Below, piece after piece: positions 54,351-64,000 of a stretch of DNA of 64,000 bases (position 1 is the stretch's first letter; each line of letters starts with the position of its first letter). The notes under the pieces were generated by a model that was given only the letters and a program-made list of their open reading frames with translations, had not been told where the DNA came from and searched no databases. The DNA lies in assembly GCA_002811645.1 (NCBI GenBank), contig PDIP01000045.1, positions 91,801 through 155,800 of the forward strand, written 5' to 3'. The DNA is from Corallochytrium limacisporum Hawaii. Taxonomy: Eukaryota; Protista; Pluriformea. The position numbers were made by a program, and so were the translations under genes.

Positions 54351-55684
54351 AAAAACCCCCTTCTTCCCCCCCCCCCCCAATCTTTTGTGCTCGTCTACTA
54401 AGAATACGCCTTGTGGATACTGACAAACGGAAGAGAGGAGCCATGTACATTGAACTGCCCTGCATTCCTGTCCAAGGTGTGTGCGCGTGTGGACATAGCG
54501 GATGGTGAAATTGCTTGCGGTGTGGCGTTCACAGAAAGGCCGCTGAGCAAATCAAATGAAGCATACACCCATCACCACCTGGCCACATCCACCATGGTGC
54601 ACTCTATACGTTTGTGCGGCATAAACTGAGTGCCGTGTGCATGCTTGCACCCTGTATCAAACTTCTCACGTCCACCTTCCTATGTCTTTTTTTTTTCGAT
54701 GGGCATGTGCGCTCGTGACGGCGTTCGTCGGTAAGGAGTTCGCGTACTGGACAGTTCCGTTCGTTCTATCTACACTTTCGCAGGTCAGCAAAGCAGATCA
54801 AAAGCGCGGGATTTTTTTTCGCTTTCGCGATTTTTTTGCCACCGCGGAATAAACAGATCGACGGAGAGGGGAATCGCAAAGGAACGCCAGTGTGTGGAGT
54901 ACGGGAGGAAGAGGAGAAGAAAAAAATATGAGGAAAAGTTGGAGCGACACGAACACACACGCAGCAAAACCAGAATCAGAAGCCGTTCCTACACCCACCA
55001 GGGAAGAGTTGAGAGAAAAGGCAAGGGAAAGTAACCAATATAAAACATCCGAGCCGCCACTACCCAGTGACGCGGACAATCGCCAGCAGAGAAACAGGAG
55101 TCATCGACGGACGATATCGCAAACCTCGGAAGAACCGAAGTGGACAAAGGAAAAAATGGGCAAAAACCCTTCCCCCCCCCTTCCCTCTTCGTCCCCCCAA
55201 AATGAAATGAGAACAGCAGAATCTGATAGCCATTTGTATCCCATGGCGTTGTACCCTCCATTTTCAAGCTTTCGCTTATTCGGAAGCGGGTGGAAATGCC
55301 AACCGAAAGCGGTTCCCTGGAGAAGCGCGAGGGAGAGACACAAGGGCGGGAAAGGGTAGCGAAGCGAAGAGCCCCGGCGATAAAGAAAAAAAGGAAAAGG
55401 GAAAAATAACCCCAACCTTGAGTCTTCGGGTGTCCATTTCATGTTTGTTACGCCGTGACTTTTTTCTTTCCTTTTAATTTCCTGCGGCGGCTGGTCGGTT
55501 TTTCTTTTTCTTATATCTGGACTCCAAATTTCTACTTTTCTGAGATTCTCCTCATTGGTTCACTATGCACAACAGGTTTTTTACTGGATTCTTCTTGGCC
55601 CGGTGGTTAAGGTGTGCGTTCTTTATTCTCCCTTTTGCTTCTGTTCCTCCCGGAGGGGGGGGGAAGAGGGTGGGATCCATCCCC

Positions 55685-55902
55685 NNNNNNNNNNNNNNNN
55701 NNNNNNNNNNNNNNNNNNNNNNNNNNNNNNNNNNNNNNNNNNNNNNNNNNNNNNNNNNNNNNNNNNNNNNNNNNNNNNNNNNNNNNNNNNNNNNNNNNNN
55801 NNNNNNNNNNNNNNNNNNNNNNNNNNNNNNNNNNNNNNNNNNNNNNNNNNNNNNNNNNNNNNNNNNNNNNNNNNNNNNNNNNNNNNNNNNNNNNNNNNNN
55901 NN
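55685..55902. other. Assembly gap in C-rich sequence
   Basis: N-run flanked by C-rich sequence on both sides. Confidence 0.95.
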
Positions 55903-55965
55903 CTCCTCCTCCCCGGCCCTTCCCTTTCTCCTCTTCCCCCGCCCCACCCCCCAACCAACGGCTTC

Positions 55966-55980
55966 CCTCTCTCTGTCTCA

Positions 55981-56014
<34 letters not shown>

Positions 56015-56119
56015 GTCTCACTCTCTGTCTCTGTCTCTGTCTCTCGCTCTCTCTGTCTCTCTCTCTGTCTCTCTCTCTCTGTCTCTCTCTCTGTCTCTCT
56101 CTCTCGCTCGCTCTCTCTC
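55966..56119 (+). repeat. Compound (CT)n/(CTGT)n microsatellite
   Basis: About 150 bp of ctctctgtctct... upstream of the 704-aa gene. Confidence 0.95.
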
Positions 56120-56861
56120 CCCACCGTCCCCAGTTGCAAGCCTTCCCTCCTTGCCCCGTTGGCTGGCAATGTGGCGCTGAAAAAATCATCTCATTGACTG
56201 GGCATTGTGGCACGCACACGCCGCACGCACACAGAGCAGAGATCAGCAAAAGGTGACCAGATGGTGGGCGTTCTGTCGGGAGAGTGCGTGTGCGGTCTAC
56301 TGATGTACCGTCTACCACTGTTTGCGCATTGCTGGGTGTGCAATGTGGTATCCACTCGTTTGTCCTCAGTAGAATTTTTGGAATTGAGATAAAATTATGC
56401 GATCGAGATCTCGATCTGGGTACTTCACACGGTGCCGTATGTTGAGGTAGAGCGCCAGAAACTCGCCAGTTCCTATGACGTTCCTTTGCACGGAACTGAC
56501 TACACCGGTTACTATAAACTAGTTGTTCAGGGTTGGATATATGGCCCTCGGTTTTAAAGCTTTATCTTGACAAAAGTGACAAATGAACACGAACCACTAG
56601 ACTTTGTAAAGAACGGCACAAACGCCAATAGTAGTCACAGTTGTCATTTATCATTCATACATAATAGCAGACATCACATCAGCATTCATCGCGAACACAG
56701 CATTATTTCATTACCGCAGGAGTAGATATCAGAGGGAAAGGCAAATATGACATTATAAATTTGGTCGAAACTCAGCTTCGTTAAGTCCAATTGGGAATCA
56801 CACTCTTTGCCCGGCCCTTCTATTTCTCCTGCTATAACCAACATAACCCCGACCGATCCAA

Positions 56862-58976
56862 ATGCTTGGAGACCACCAAATTGACAGTGGAATTGGCACA
56901 GGACCTTCAGAGCCATTCGCAATGGGGTTCATGCCACCTCCTCCGGGATCGGACCAGATCATGAACCAAGATCGGGACGCGCAGCTTCTGGATCTAATCA
57001 AGCGCAGTTCGCTGCATTTGCCGCGCTACATTCAGGATGCTATCAAAGCAGCAAAATATTATGAATGCATTACATCGTTCCACATGGCAGTCATTGACGA
57101 TGAACAATGTGAACAGGCAGTTCAACAATTGGAGGAAGGACTAAGTGAAGAATTACCCTACCTCAAAGATGTCTGGCGCCAAGAATTTCCGGATTTGTAT
57201 CAGCGCTGGAGTGAGCGCGGTAAGCCGACGAAGATCAAATTCACCACCCCTGGTCATCGGCGATCGTTAGCTCATTTCTTCTTCAATGCTGCACGTCTGG
57301 TTAACGCATCATCGTTCGGTGCACCCAACCGCACCGGATCAACCGGTCCGCAGCAGACCAATTCACAGGTCACCAGCCCCGCAGGCGACAGCACCAAGAA
57401 CGGATCCAGCAACGGCGACGCGGTGCCCACAACTAACAATGCACGTGGTAACAATGGATCATACCATCTGACGGCTAGTGCCAACGCCGCAGCCGCCGCC
57501 GCTGCAATGAGCAGTGCCGCCGCCGCTGGTGGTCCGGTTGGGCCTCACGGTTACTTCGGAGGCTACGGTGCACCTGCTGCCGCTGGCCTGCCCGGTGGCA
57601 TGGTAAATGGTGCACACTACGGCACTGCAGCTGCAGCCGCCGGACCTGCCACCCGTGGCATGCGCGGTGCCAATGGCCTTGTCGGCCTTGACGGTGGTCA
57701 TCCCGACGGCGGCGTGTCGCACTTTAACTTCCCTCCTCTGCCCTACGGACAACAAAGGTCAGCAAGCGACTATGAAGCCGCCGCTGCGGCCGCTGCAGCT
57801 GCTTCCGACTCTAGTGCCAAAAACCGTGCGGGCAACCGCAGTGACGGTGGCCGTGCTGGTCCTGGCTATGCCATCCCTGGTCATCCAGACATCTACAACG
57901 ATCTCAATGACTTTTATGGTGCTGCTGCCGGCCGCCCAGCTGTTGGTCAGCACAAGTCCAAGGATGGCCGTCGTGGCTCCGAAAATCCCTCTCAGCAGGA
58001 TGCAAACGTGCCGTCCAGTGCACACCGGCGCAAGGATAGTGGTATTGATGATGGTCAGCAATCCACCGCTGACCAACCGCCGGGCATGGACGTCCACAGT
58101 GTGGACGAGCCCACTGGAATGAAGAGCACCCGCGACTCTGCGTCCAACCGCCTGTTGCAGGGCAAGCCCAATGGTCCGGCTTCCCTCGCCAACGAAACGG
58201 CGCAGTCCTTGCAGCATCAGCGCCGGGGATCAACTGCCTCCCATACCAGCCACTACACTGACAGTAACAATGGCTCCCAGGCCGACGAAGTTCTGAGTCG
58301 CAAGCGTGGTCGCGCAGGGGCCAAGGCTCCTGCTGGGCAGAGCAAGATGGGCAAGACTGCTTCTGCAAAGGGTAAACGGGCCAAGGATGGAGAAAACAAT
58401 TTCCACATGATGGCTGCGGATGCCAAGCCGTCCCATATCCAGAACAAGAAGGAAGGACAGATCAGCAAGGATGAGGTGCTAAAAATGCTCAGAGAATCCA
58501 TCGCCCGCTGGAAACATCGTATCGGAAACAAGCCAGAGACCGCAGTCGAAGAAGGCCTTGACTACGATATTATTCTGGAGGATGACACTGCCCGCCACTA
58601 CAACCTCTTTGTCGGAATTAAGTGTCGTCTTTGCGACCGCGTGTGCCGTTTGAGCTGGGCCTCTAACCAACGGCCCAACCTTGGCAATTACACCAGTGGT
58701 CACCTCGTGCGTTGCTGGCCGAAGCGCGGCCACACTGCCGAGAATCGCGCCACTGACCAGATTGCATCCTTTGCCAGCAGCATCCATAAAATGGCGGCAT
58801 CTGCCGCAGGTGGCCACACCTACAACAATGGCGTGGACCTCTATAAGGCCACAGACTCCACTGGCGGTATGCGTCGAGGAGACTTTGGCGAGGAAGAGGG
58901 AGCATCTGGCTCCGCCGACCAGTGGGATGGTATCCGTGCTGGCATGCAAAACGATATCCTGATGACGAGATACTGA
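56862..58976 (+). CDS. Hypothetical nuclear protein, putative transcription regulator with C-terminal CxxC...HxxxC zinc finger (704 aa)
   Basis: Helical N-terminal domain, poly-Ala/Gly low-complexity middle, NLS-like SRKRGR and KGKRAK, and IKCRLCDRVCRLSW...NLGNYTSGHLVRCW. The start ATG has a weak context, so a later ATG is possible. Confidence 0.7.
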   Translation: MLGDHQIDSGIGTGPSEPFAMGFMPPPPGSDQIMNQDRDAQLLDLIKRSSLHLPRYIQDAIKAAKYYECITSFHMAVIDDEQCEQAVQQLEEGLSEELPYLKDVWRQEFPDLYQRWSERGKPTKIKFTTPGHRRSLAHFFFNAARLVNASSFGAPNRTGSTGPQQTNSQVTSPAGDSTKNGSSNGDAVPTTNNARGNNGSYHLTASANAAAAAAAMSSAAAAGGPVGPHGYFGGYGAPAAAGLPGGMVNGAHYGTAAAAAGPATRGMRGANGLVGLDGGHPDGGVSHFNFPPLPYGQQRSASDYEAAAAAAAAASDSSAKNRAGNRSDGGRAGPGYAIPGHPDIYNDLNDFYGAAAGRPAVGQHKSKDGRRGSENPSQQDANVPSSAHRRKDSGIDDGQQSTADQPPGMDVHSVDEPTGMKSTRDSASNRLLQGKPNGPASLANETAQSLQHQRRGSTASHTSHYTDSNNGSQADEVLSRKRGRAGAKAPAGQSKMGKTASAKGKRAKDGENNFHMMAADAKPSHIQNKKEGQISKDEVLKMLRESIARWKHRIGNKPETAVEEGLDYDIILEDDTARHYNLFVGIKCRLCDRVCRLSWASNQRPNLGNYTSGHLVRCWPKRGHTAENRATDQIASFASSIHKMAASAAGGHTYNNGVDLYKATDSTGGMRRGDFGEEEGASGSADQWDGIRAGMQNDILMTRY

Positions 58977-59154
58977 AACCAGCAAGAAAGTGTCGTACAA
59001 ATGTCTATCAACACCTATTTACAATAACTATACACTTGACAGGGTAAATATGTCTTAAGAGCATCATCATAGCGGCAACTAACTGATAAAGGACTAGTGT
59101 AGCTATGTATTTCAGGGATTCTTTAGTTCGTGGAAAATTGCCTAGAGTCGTCAT

Positions 59155-60717
59155 TCATGGTCCTCGTGGCACGACCTTATCGAGCCAGAGGCCGATAGTG
59201 GAGCCAAGAACAAGACCACTATTCAGGAAGAACGCACTGATGCTACCGGCATGGTGGCGATCACGGTGATGACACCGTTCACTGGCCATCATGATCGCCA
59301 AGGACCCAGTATGGCCATTAGTGAAGCCAATAATGGCAGAGAACAGCACGCTCCAGACATCGTGCGTAAACACCCTGGCCATGACGCACAGGGCAATGGC
59401 CGGCACCAGTAGCATGCGGATCAGACCAACAATCCAGAGGGTTTTGTAGTTCAGACCAAGTCGGTAGTGCATGGTCAGCCGTCCAATGGTATCAAACACA
59501 CTCACTGTCGTGAGCAGGATGAGAGGCCACCAGTGGTTGTCGTTAAGTTCCGGGAACTGGTGGCTTTGAATCTCGGAGACCAATGGAGGCCACGCTGCGA
59601 GGGTCGTGGTAAAGATCAATAGCACCAGCATCTGGCTACTGAACGTGTGCCGCATCACCTGCCATAGGGTCATCGGTGGGGGCTTTTTGCGTCCTCCCGG
59701 AGACCGTGACGGAGAAGGTGCCACAACAGGCCGTCGACTGTGTGAAGAACCTCCTGAACCGGAGCTAGAGCCGGACACCCGCGAAAGGTACGCCTTCCGC
59801 CGTGTCTCGTCGCCGCGCTGAGCGCCTGGTCGTTCTAAAGCGGTCCCATCGTTATTCGCATTGGGAGCGGATAGCAAGGGTGTCCGTTCGGTGTTGTTGT
59901 CTTCATCTGACACCGCCGTAGAAGCTCCGACTTCCTCGTCTTCCTCGTCTTCATCAATTTCCTCAAGGCATTCCTTGGCGATGGGCAGATTAATCAGCAC
60001 AAAGTACAGAACCAAACAAACTAAGACGGTAGCAGATCCGCAGTAGAAATAGAGCAGCGATGAAAGCACCGTCTTGTTTGGAGGAAAGGCGATCTTGGTT
60101 GCATCTCGGTAAAGACTGCCGATCAGAGTGCTGACACCGATACCGACCTGTAGGCTTTGCTGGAAGGCCGGTGGGAACTTGGAGGTCATGGCAATCATGC
60201 TCGAGTCCAGGAACGCCGTAACGATGGCAATAACTCCCGTAGCTGCCATGATGGTAATGTAATTTGTGTGCTCATCAAAATGGAAGAAGTAGCTGCTGGG
60301 GATGAAAGCGAGCACCAACACCTGTCCGGCAAACCCACCGACAATGCGGAAAGTAAAGCTAAGCCGATCGCCTCCCAAGAACGTTAGCCCGAATAGAGCG
60401 ACCAAATTGCTGTACATAAACATGGCGGTGATATCAAAGTCCATTGCTTTGTCTGGGAACAAGTATGCCCAGTAGTCCACTGGCTGGGTCAGCGCACTAA
60501 ATGGGAACAGGTATCCGATTCCAAGACACACAAACAGAATCGCTCCGATCTTTTCATCCCATGCTTTCGGCTGTGGCGTCTCTGGCGTCGAATAATCGAT
60601 CTCCCCCGCGCTTATGTAACCTGGATCCTCCTGTGTGTGTAGAGCATGACGGTGATAGTGGTTGTAGTCCTGGTTCAGAGCCTCCTGGTAAGGCTCTGTG
60701 TGGCGGTGTTCTCGCAT
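59155..60717 (-). CDS. Equilibrative nucleoside transporter (SLC29/ENT family), 520 aa
   Basis: LGIGYLFPFSALTQPVDYW, about 11 hydrophobic segments with a large loop after TM6, FDTIGR, GFTNGH, AG.ISAFFLNSGLVLGS. Confidence 0.9.
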   Translation of the reverse strand: MREHRHTEPYQEALNQDYNHYHRHALHTQEDPGYISAGEIDYSTPETPQPKAWDEKIGAILFVCLGIGYLFPFSALTQPVDYWAYLFPDKAMDFDITAMFMYSNLVALFGLTFLGGDRLSFTFRIVGGFAGQVLVLAFIPSSYFFHFDEHTNYITIMAATGVIAIVTAFLDSSMIAMTSKFPPAFQQSLQVGIGVSTLIGSLYRDATKIAFPPNKTVLSSLLYFYCGSATVLVCLVLYFVLINLPIAKECLEEIDEDEEDEEVGASTAVSDEDNNTERTPLLSAPNANNDGTALERPGAQRGDETRRKAYLSRVSGSSSGSGGSSHSRRPVVAPSPSRSPGGRKKPPPMTLWQVMRHTFSSQMLVLLIFTTTLAAWPPLVSEIQSHQFPELNDNHWWPLILLTTVSVFDTIGRLTMHYRLGLNYKTLWIVGLIRMLLVPAIALCVMARVFTHDVWSVLFSAIIGFTNGHTGSLAIMMASERCHHRDRHHAGSISAFFLNSGLVLGSTIGLWLDKVVPRGP

Positions 60718-62128
60718 GATGACTTGCCTTCTGGGGCGTCAGAGGACAAAACCACAGGTTTCTTGTTCCATACGAACTCCCCAGAAGGACCAACTTACGT
60801 TCACCGCGCGCGTAGGTGTCTCAAATAGAAAGACAATGCTTTGCATAGGCCGCACTCAAGCCTGTCAACCTTCCCATTGGTGTAAAAATTAGGTTCCAGA
60901 CTCCGCAATCGCGTCCTCCTCCCCAGCCCAAGCGGTCCTCACACTGGTCAGTGGAGGTGCCTTGGTGCTGCGAAAAGCTGAGCACGGTACGGGGTGTTAC
61001 CCAGAGCAAGAGAGCAGAGGGTGCTTTACTTTATTCGTCAGATTCGCCACCGTTGGAAACAGGGAAGAGAGTCGCACATCACGGAATACCAACTGAGTGT
61101 GTGTTCCACCAACACAAGTTATGAATTTCCTACGGGCCCGGCCTGTATTGTGAATGGATGAAGATTTGGGACGTGAATTCTTCTTACTGATGGAGGACTT
61201 GAGTACGAAGTCTGGGTGTGCATTCTGAGCGGGACATTGCCCATTGACATGCATCGATACCGACTGATGGCCAGCCAGTATCTTTGAGGGCACACATATA
61301 TACAATGCACGCGCAAGTTGCACTAGCACGGAGACTGCTAACCATCGCACGCAACGTCGCTCGTCGCATACCCAGTTTGACGTATTGATCATTCATCATG
61401 TTGATGCCGGTTCACAGGCAGAACGACATTTGCCTTGCACCCTCCCATCGCAACCCTTGGCTCCCTCCCTCCCTTCTCCCCCCCTCCCCTTGGGGGGCGG
61501 AGGGTGTCCTGGGCCGTAATCTTAAGCATCCGCCCCCTGGGCGGAACTACACTAATTTTTTATGGAGAAAAAAAAAGTTAACAGCACCGTGACCGGACCG
61601 TGTCTCTCCGCACGGGAGGAGGAGACGCCAGAATGTGCCCATTCGTTCAAAAACGACCCTTTCCGTTGTTCTCCTTATACTTTTTCCTCCTTTGGTGGGC
61701 AGTCCGTATTCTCTTCTTCATACATTCAGTAAGGGAAACGCTTCTGGCTAAGTGTCGTCCAGTTCTGAGCACCAGGGCGAACTGCAAAAGCGCAGAGGGG
61801 ACCTAAATGGCGACCGAAAAAAAAGTTCAATAATGCACTGAACCCCCATCAATACTCATTTTTCGAATTCACAATCCTCCCAAAGTCCCCGAGGAACACA
61901 GCGGCGGACCAAGGCGAGAATAAAGGGGGGGTGTGTTGAAGAGGTTCTCTAAAAAGCCCCCCGGGGGGGGGGTTCTCCTCTCCGAGTGAGCGAAGCTGGG
62001 AGGAGAGGGGCGGCCGCTTTACATAGTAAATGTACCGATTGTATTTTTGATCGCAAAGACGGACGCACGCAAGGCCCGCGCTTCAACGTAAATTTTCTAC
62101 TTTTGGGCCCCCCTTCTGCTGTTATCAA

Positions 62129-62267
62129 TTTTTGGCGGGAGTGCAGGGGGCTTCGTGGGTAGCCTAGCGCTGGGGCTGTGTGTATGCGCAGCGCCCCGGG
62201 GAGTGTGCTGGGTAGGGGAACAGAACGCGGGGCAACCCCTGCCAAAACACACAGCGAAAGGTTTGAA
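62129..62267 (+). promoter_or_regulatory. E2F site and CHR element upstream of UBE2S
   Basis: TTTTTGGCGGGA at 62129-62140 and exact CHR TTTGAA at 62262-62267. Confidence 0.5.
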
Positions 62268-62587
62268 ATTCAGAACGGGCCCGGGAGACCGGTGCTCCAG
62301 GGCCTCGAACACGGCGGCGTCGAAAGGCCAGGGAGAGTGTGCCGGGTACGGGCGGGCGAAGAGACTGTGCTCAGAAACAAAGTAACTAAGCATGTCTGCA
62401 TTTACTCGCTCCCGGACATGCGGTGCGTGTCGTAGTGATAGCGGTTGCGACGATCAAGTGCACCATGACACGGGTATGTTGCGGTATTCGGCTACTTTGC
62501 ACGCTGCACCTGTGCAAGAGCGAGATCATGACCTAAAGCGCCGTATGGGTGTTGTAGTAAAGCTCGTCCGGAAAGCACTGAAAGACT

Positions 62588-63169
62588 ATGTCCTCGAAGA
62601 ACGAGAATCTGCCGCCTTCCGTCATTCGCCGGATTGCCGGTGAATTGAAGGGGTTGGCCACGGGACAAATTGACTGCGTTAAGGTCCAGATGAATGAAGA
62701 AGACATTACAGATTTCCGCGCCACCATTGTTGGTCCCCCGGGAACACCGTATGAGGGAGGACACTTCAAGCTGCGTCTCTCGTTCACGTCAGAATATCCT
62801 CAGGCACCGCCCAAAGCACATTTCTTGACCAAGATCTTCCATCCCAACGTAGCCGCCGATGGTGAGGTCTGTGTCAACACCTTAAAAAGGGACTGGAAAT
62901 CAGATCTCGGCATCGCACACATCCTAGTGGTACTGAAATGCCTTCTGATCCACCCAAATCCGGAATCCGCTCTCAATGAGGAAGCTGGCAAGATGATCTT
63001 AGAGTCATACGACGAATTTGCAAAGCGGGCCAAGCTTATGACAGAGATTCATGCCAAATCCAAGACCGCTCCTCAGGCAGCAGGTGCCAGCGGCACAGCT
63101 CCCCTTGGCACCAAGGTTCCCGCCCAGAAGAAGGCTGCAGACAAAAAGAAGCAGATGAGGCGTTTGTAA
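62588..63169 (+). CDS. UBE2S: Ubiquitin-conjugating enzyme E2 S (APC/C K11-chain elongating E2)
   Basis: [27 protein letters not shown], catalytic [29 protein letters not shown], and basic C-terminal KKQMRRL (LRRL-type tail). Confidence 0.95.
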   Translation: MSSKNENLPPSVIRRIAGELKGLATGQIDCVKVQMNEEDITDFRATIVGPPGTPYEGGHFKLRLSFTSEYPQAPPKAHFLTKIFHPNVAADGEVCVNTLKRDWKSDLGIAHILVVLKCLLIHPNPESALNEEAGKMILESYDEFAKRAKLMTEIHAKSKTAPQAAGASGTAPLGTKVPAQKKAADKKKQMRRL

Positions 63170-63310
63170 GAAGACTGCCTTCTGAAACAACACGACAACC
63201 ACATTCATAGCATCAAACATAAACCAACCATAGCTGTGCAGGTATCACAGCAGGGTTGAAAGGTCAAAATCTCTCCTCCTTGAGCTTAAATGCGAGTAAT
63301 TCTTTATTTT

Positions 63311-64000
63311 CTATTCCTCCTTTACTTCGGTCTTGTCATCCCAAACCTCGTACAACACCACCGCCTGCGGGATGTCGTTTTCGTTGTCGAAAAGTGAGTC
63401 GTAATCCAAGCGTTGAACGGACGTGAACGTATCCTTGAGCAATCGCAAGAATGCTTCCCAAACAGTGTGATCACGCAGCTCGCTGCAAATGAACGTGCGA
63501 GTCTTTCCGGGGGTGTGCGATTCCCGCAAAGTCTGCACCAGCTGTGTCAGGTATGTCTCACTGAACACACAGTCCGCTGCAAGCACATAGTCCCAGTGTT
63601 TCTTCTTAACTTCTTCTCCGTAGTACTTCAGTCGTTTCAATGACTGGCAGAGGTTCGCCCCAAATGAGCTCCTCCACCCGTGTATTCTTTAATTTGTTTG
63701 CCTTGACATTGGCTCGTAATAGATTTAGGACCTGCTCCTGGTCCGTAAGCACTGTCTCTCCGGCTTCAAGCAACTTATCGCACACAAGTCCGCATAACCC
63801 ACAACCAGCTCCCAATTCCAGGACAGTCGTCTTTTCATTGAATGTCAATGCAGATGTCTTCCCGAATTTGTCAAGATAGTACGTCAGTACCAGTGCAGCA
63901 TCCCATAGCCAACCTCCGGTCATGCCTTCCTCGTTGTTGATATCTCGATGCTGCTTGAGCACAACGCTCTGGCCACCCACGGAGAAGTTTACCTCATCTT
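63311..64000 (-). CDS. METTL21/EFM-family (Methyltransf_16) protein lysine methyltransferase, 5'-partial, with a +1 frame break near 63605-63644
   Basis: First frame, open to the window end: TGGWLWDAALVL, VLELGAGCGLCG, VLTDQ, LIWG. Second frame: DYVLAADCVF...ELRD. The two halves of one domain lie in different frames. Confidence 0.85.

Noticed and set aside
55552-56318. ORFs with SLSLSL or ERERER runs
   Set aside because: Translations of the CT microsatellite and the N-gap.
1-64000. Prokaryotic features, rRNA/snRNA genes, intact transposons, alternative genetic code
   Set aside because: No operon-like layout or RNA gene signatures were recognised by eye, and no transposase or reverse transcriptase motifs were seen. 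Conserved genes end at expected positions with standard stops.

Overview
Eukaryotic nuclear DNA, about 50% GC, with four N-gaps. It holds about 17 long ORFs that appear to be single-exon genes, separated by intergenic tracts rich in C-runs and G-runs. A receptor tyrosine kinase, a Mint/X11-type PDZ tandem, a CDK4/6-like kinase and OFD1, combined with near-absence of introns, point to an intron-poor unicellular holozoan such as Corallochytrium (inference). Genes in order: small mitochondrially targeted acidic protein; OFD1-like; laminin-EGF receptor tyrosine kinase with Eph-like kinase domain; ~11 kb ORF-poor tract; unknown ORF with an LRRcap-like motif; PUS1; DUF445 membrane protein; Ki-67-like protein; SMC6; CDK4/6-like kinase; ABCD4; unknown disordered protein; CLEC16A; Mint-like PDZ protein; putative zinc-finger protein; equilibrative nucleoside transporter; UBE2S; and a frame-broken METTL21-family methyltransferase running off the window end. 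The most striking element is the protein at 26875-30540. It combines a Ki-67-type FHA domain, a Ki-67/RepoMan-type PP1-docking motif, 16 tandem ~22-aa repeats that each carry a full CDK site followed by a WH2-like I-x-x-G-x-x-L-x-x-V motif, two HMGN-like RRSxRL motifs and a basic tail. Its promoter, like those of SMC6, OFD1 and UBE2S, carries E2F-like sites, and three of these four promoters also carry a CHR or CHR-like hexamer. All family assignments come from recognising motifs by eye; no database searches were run.
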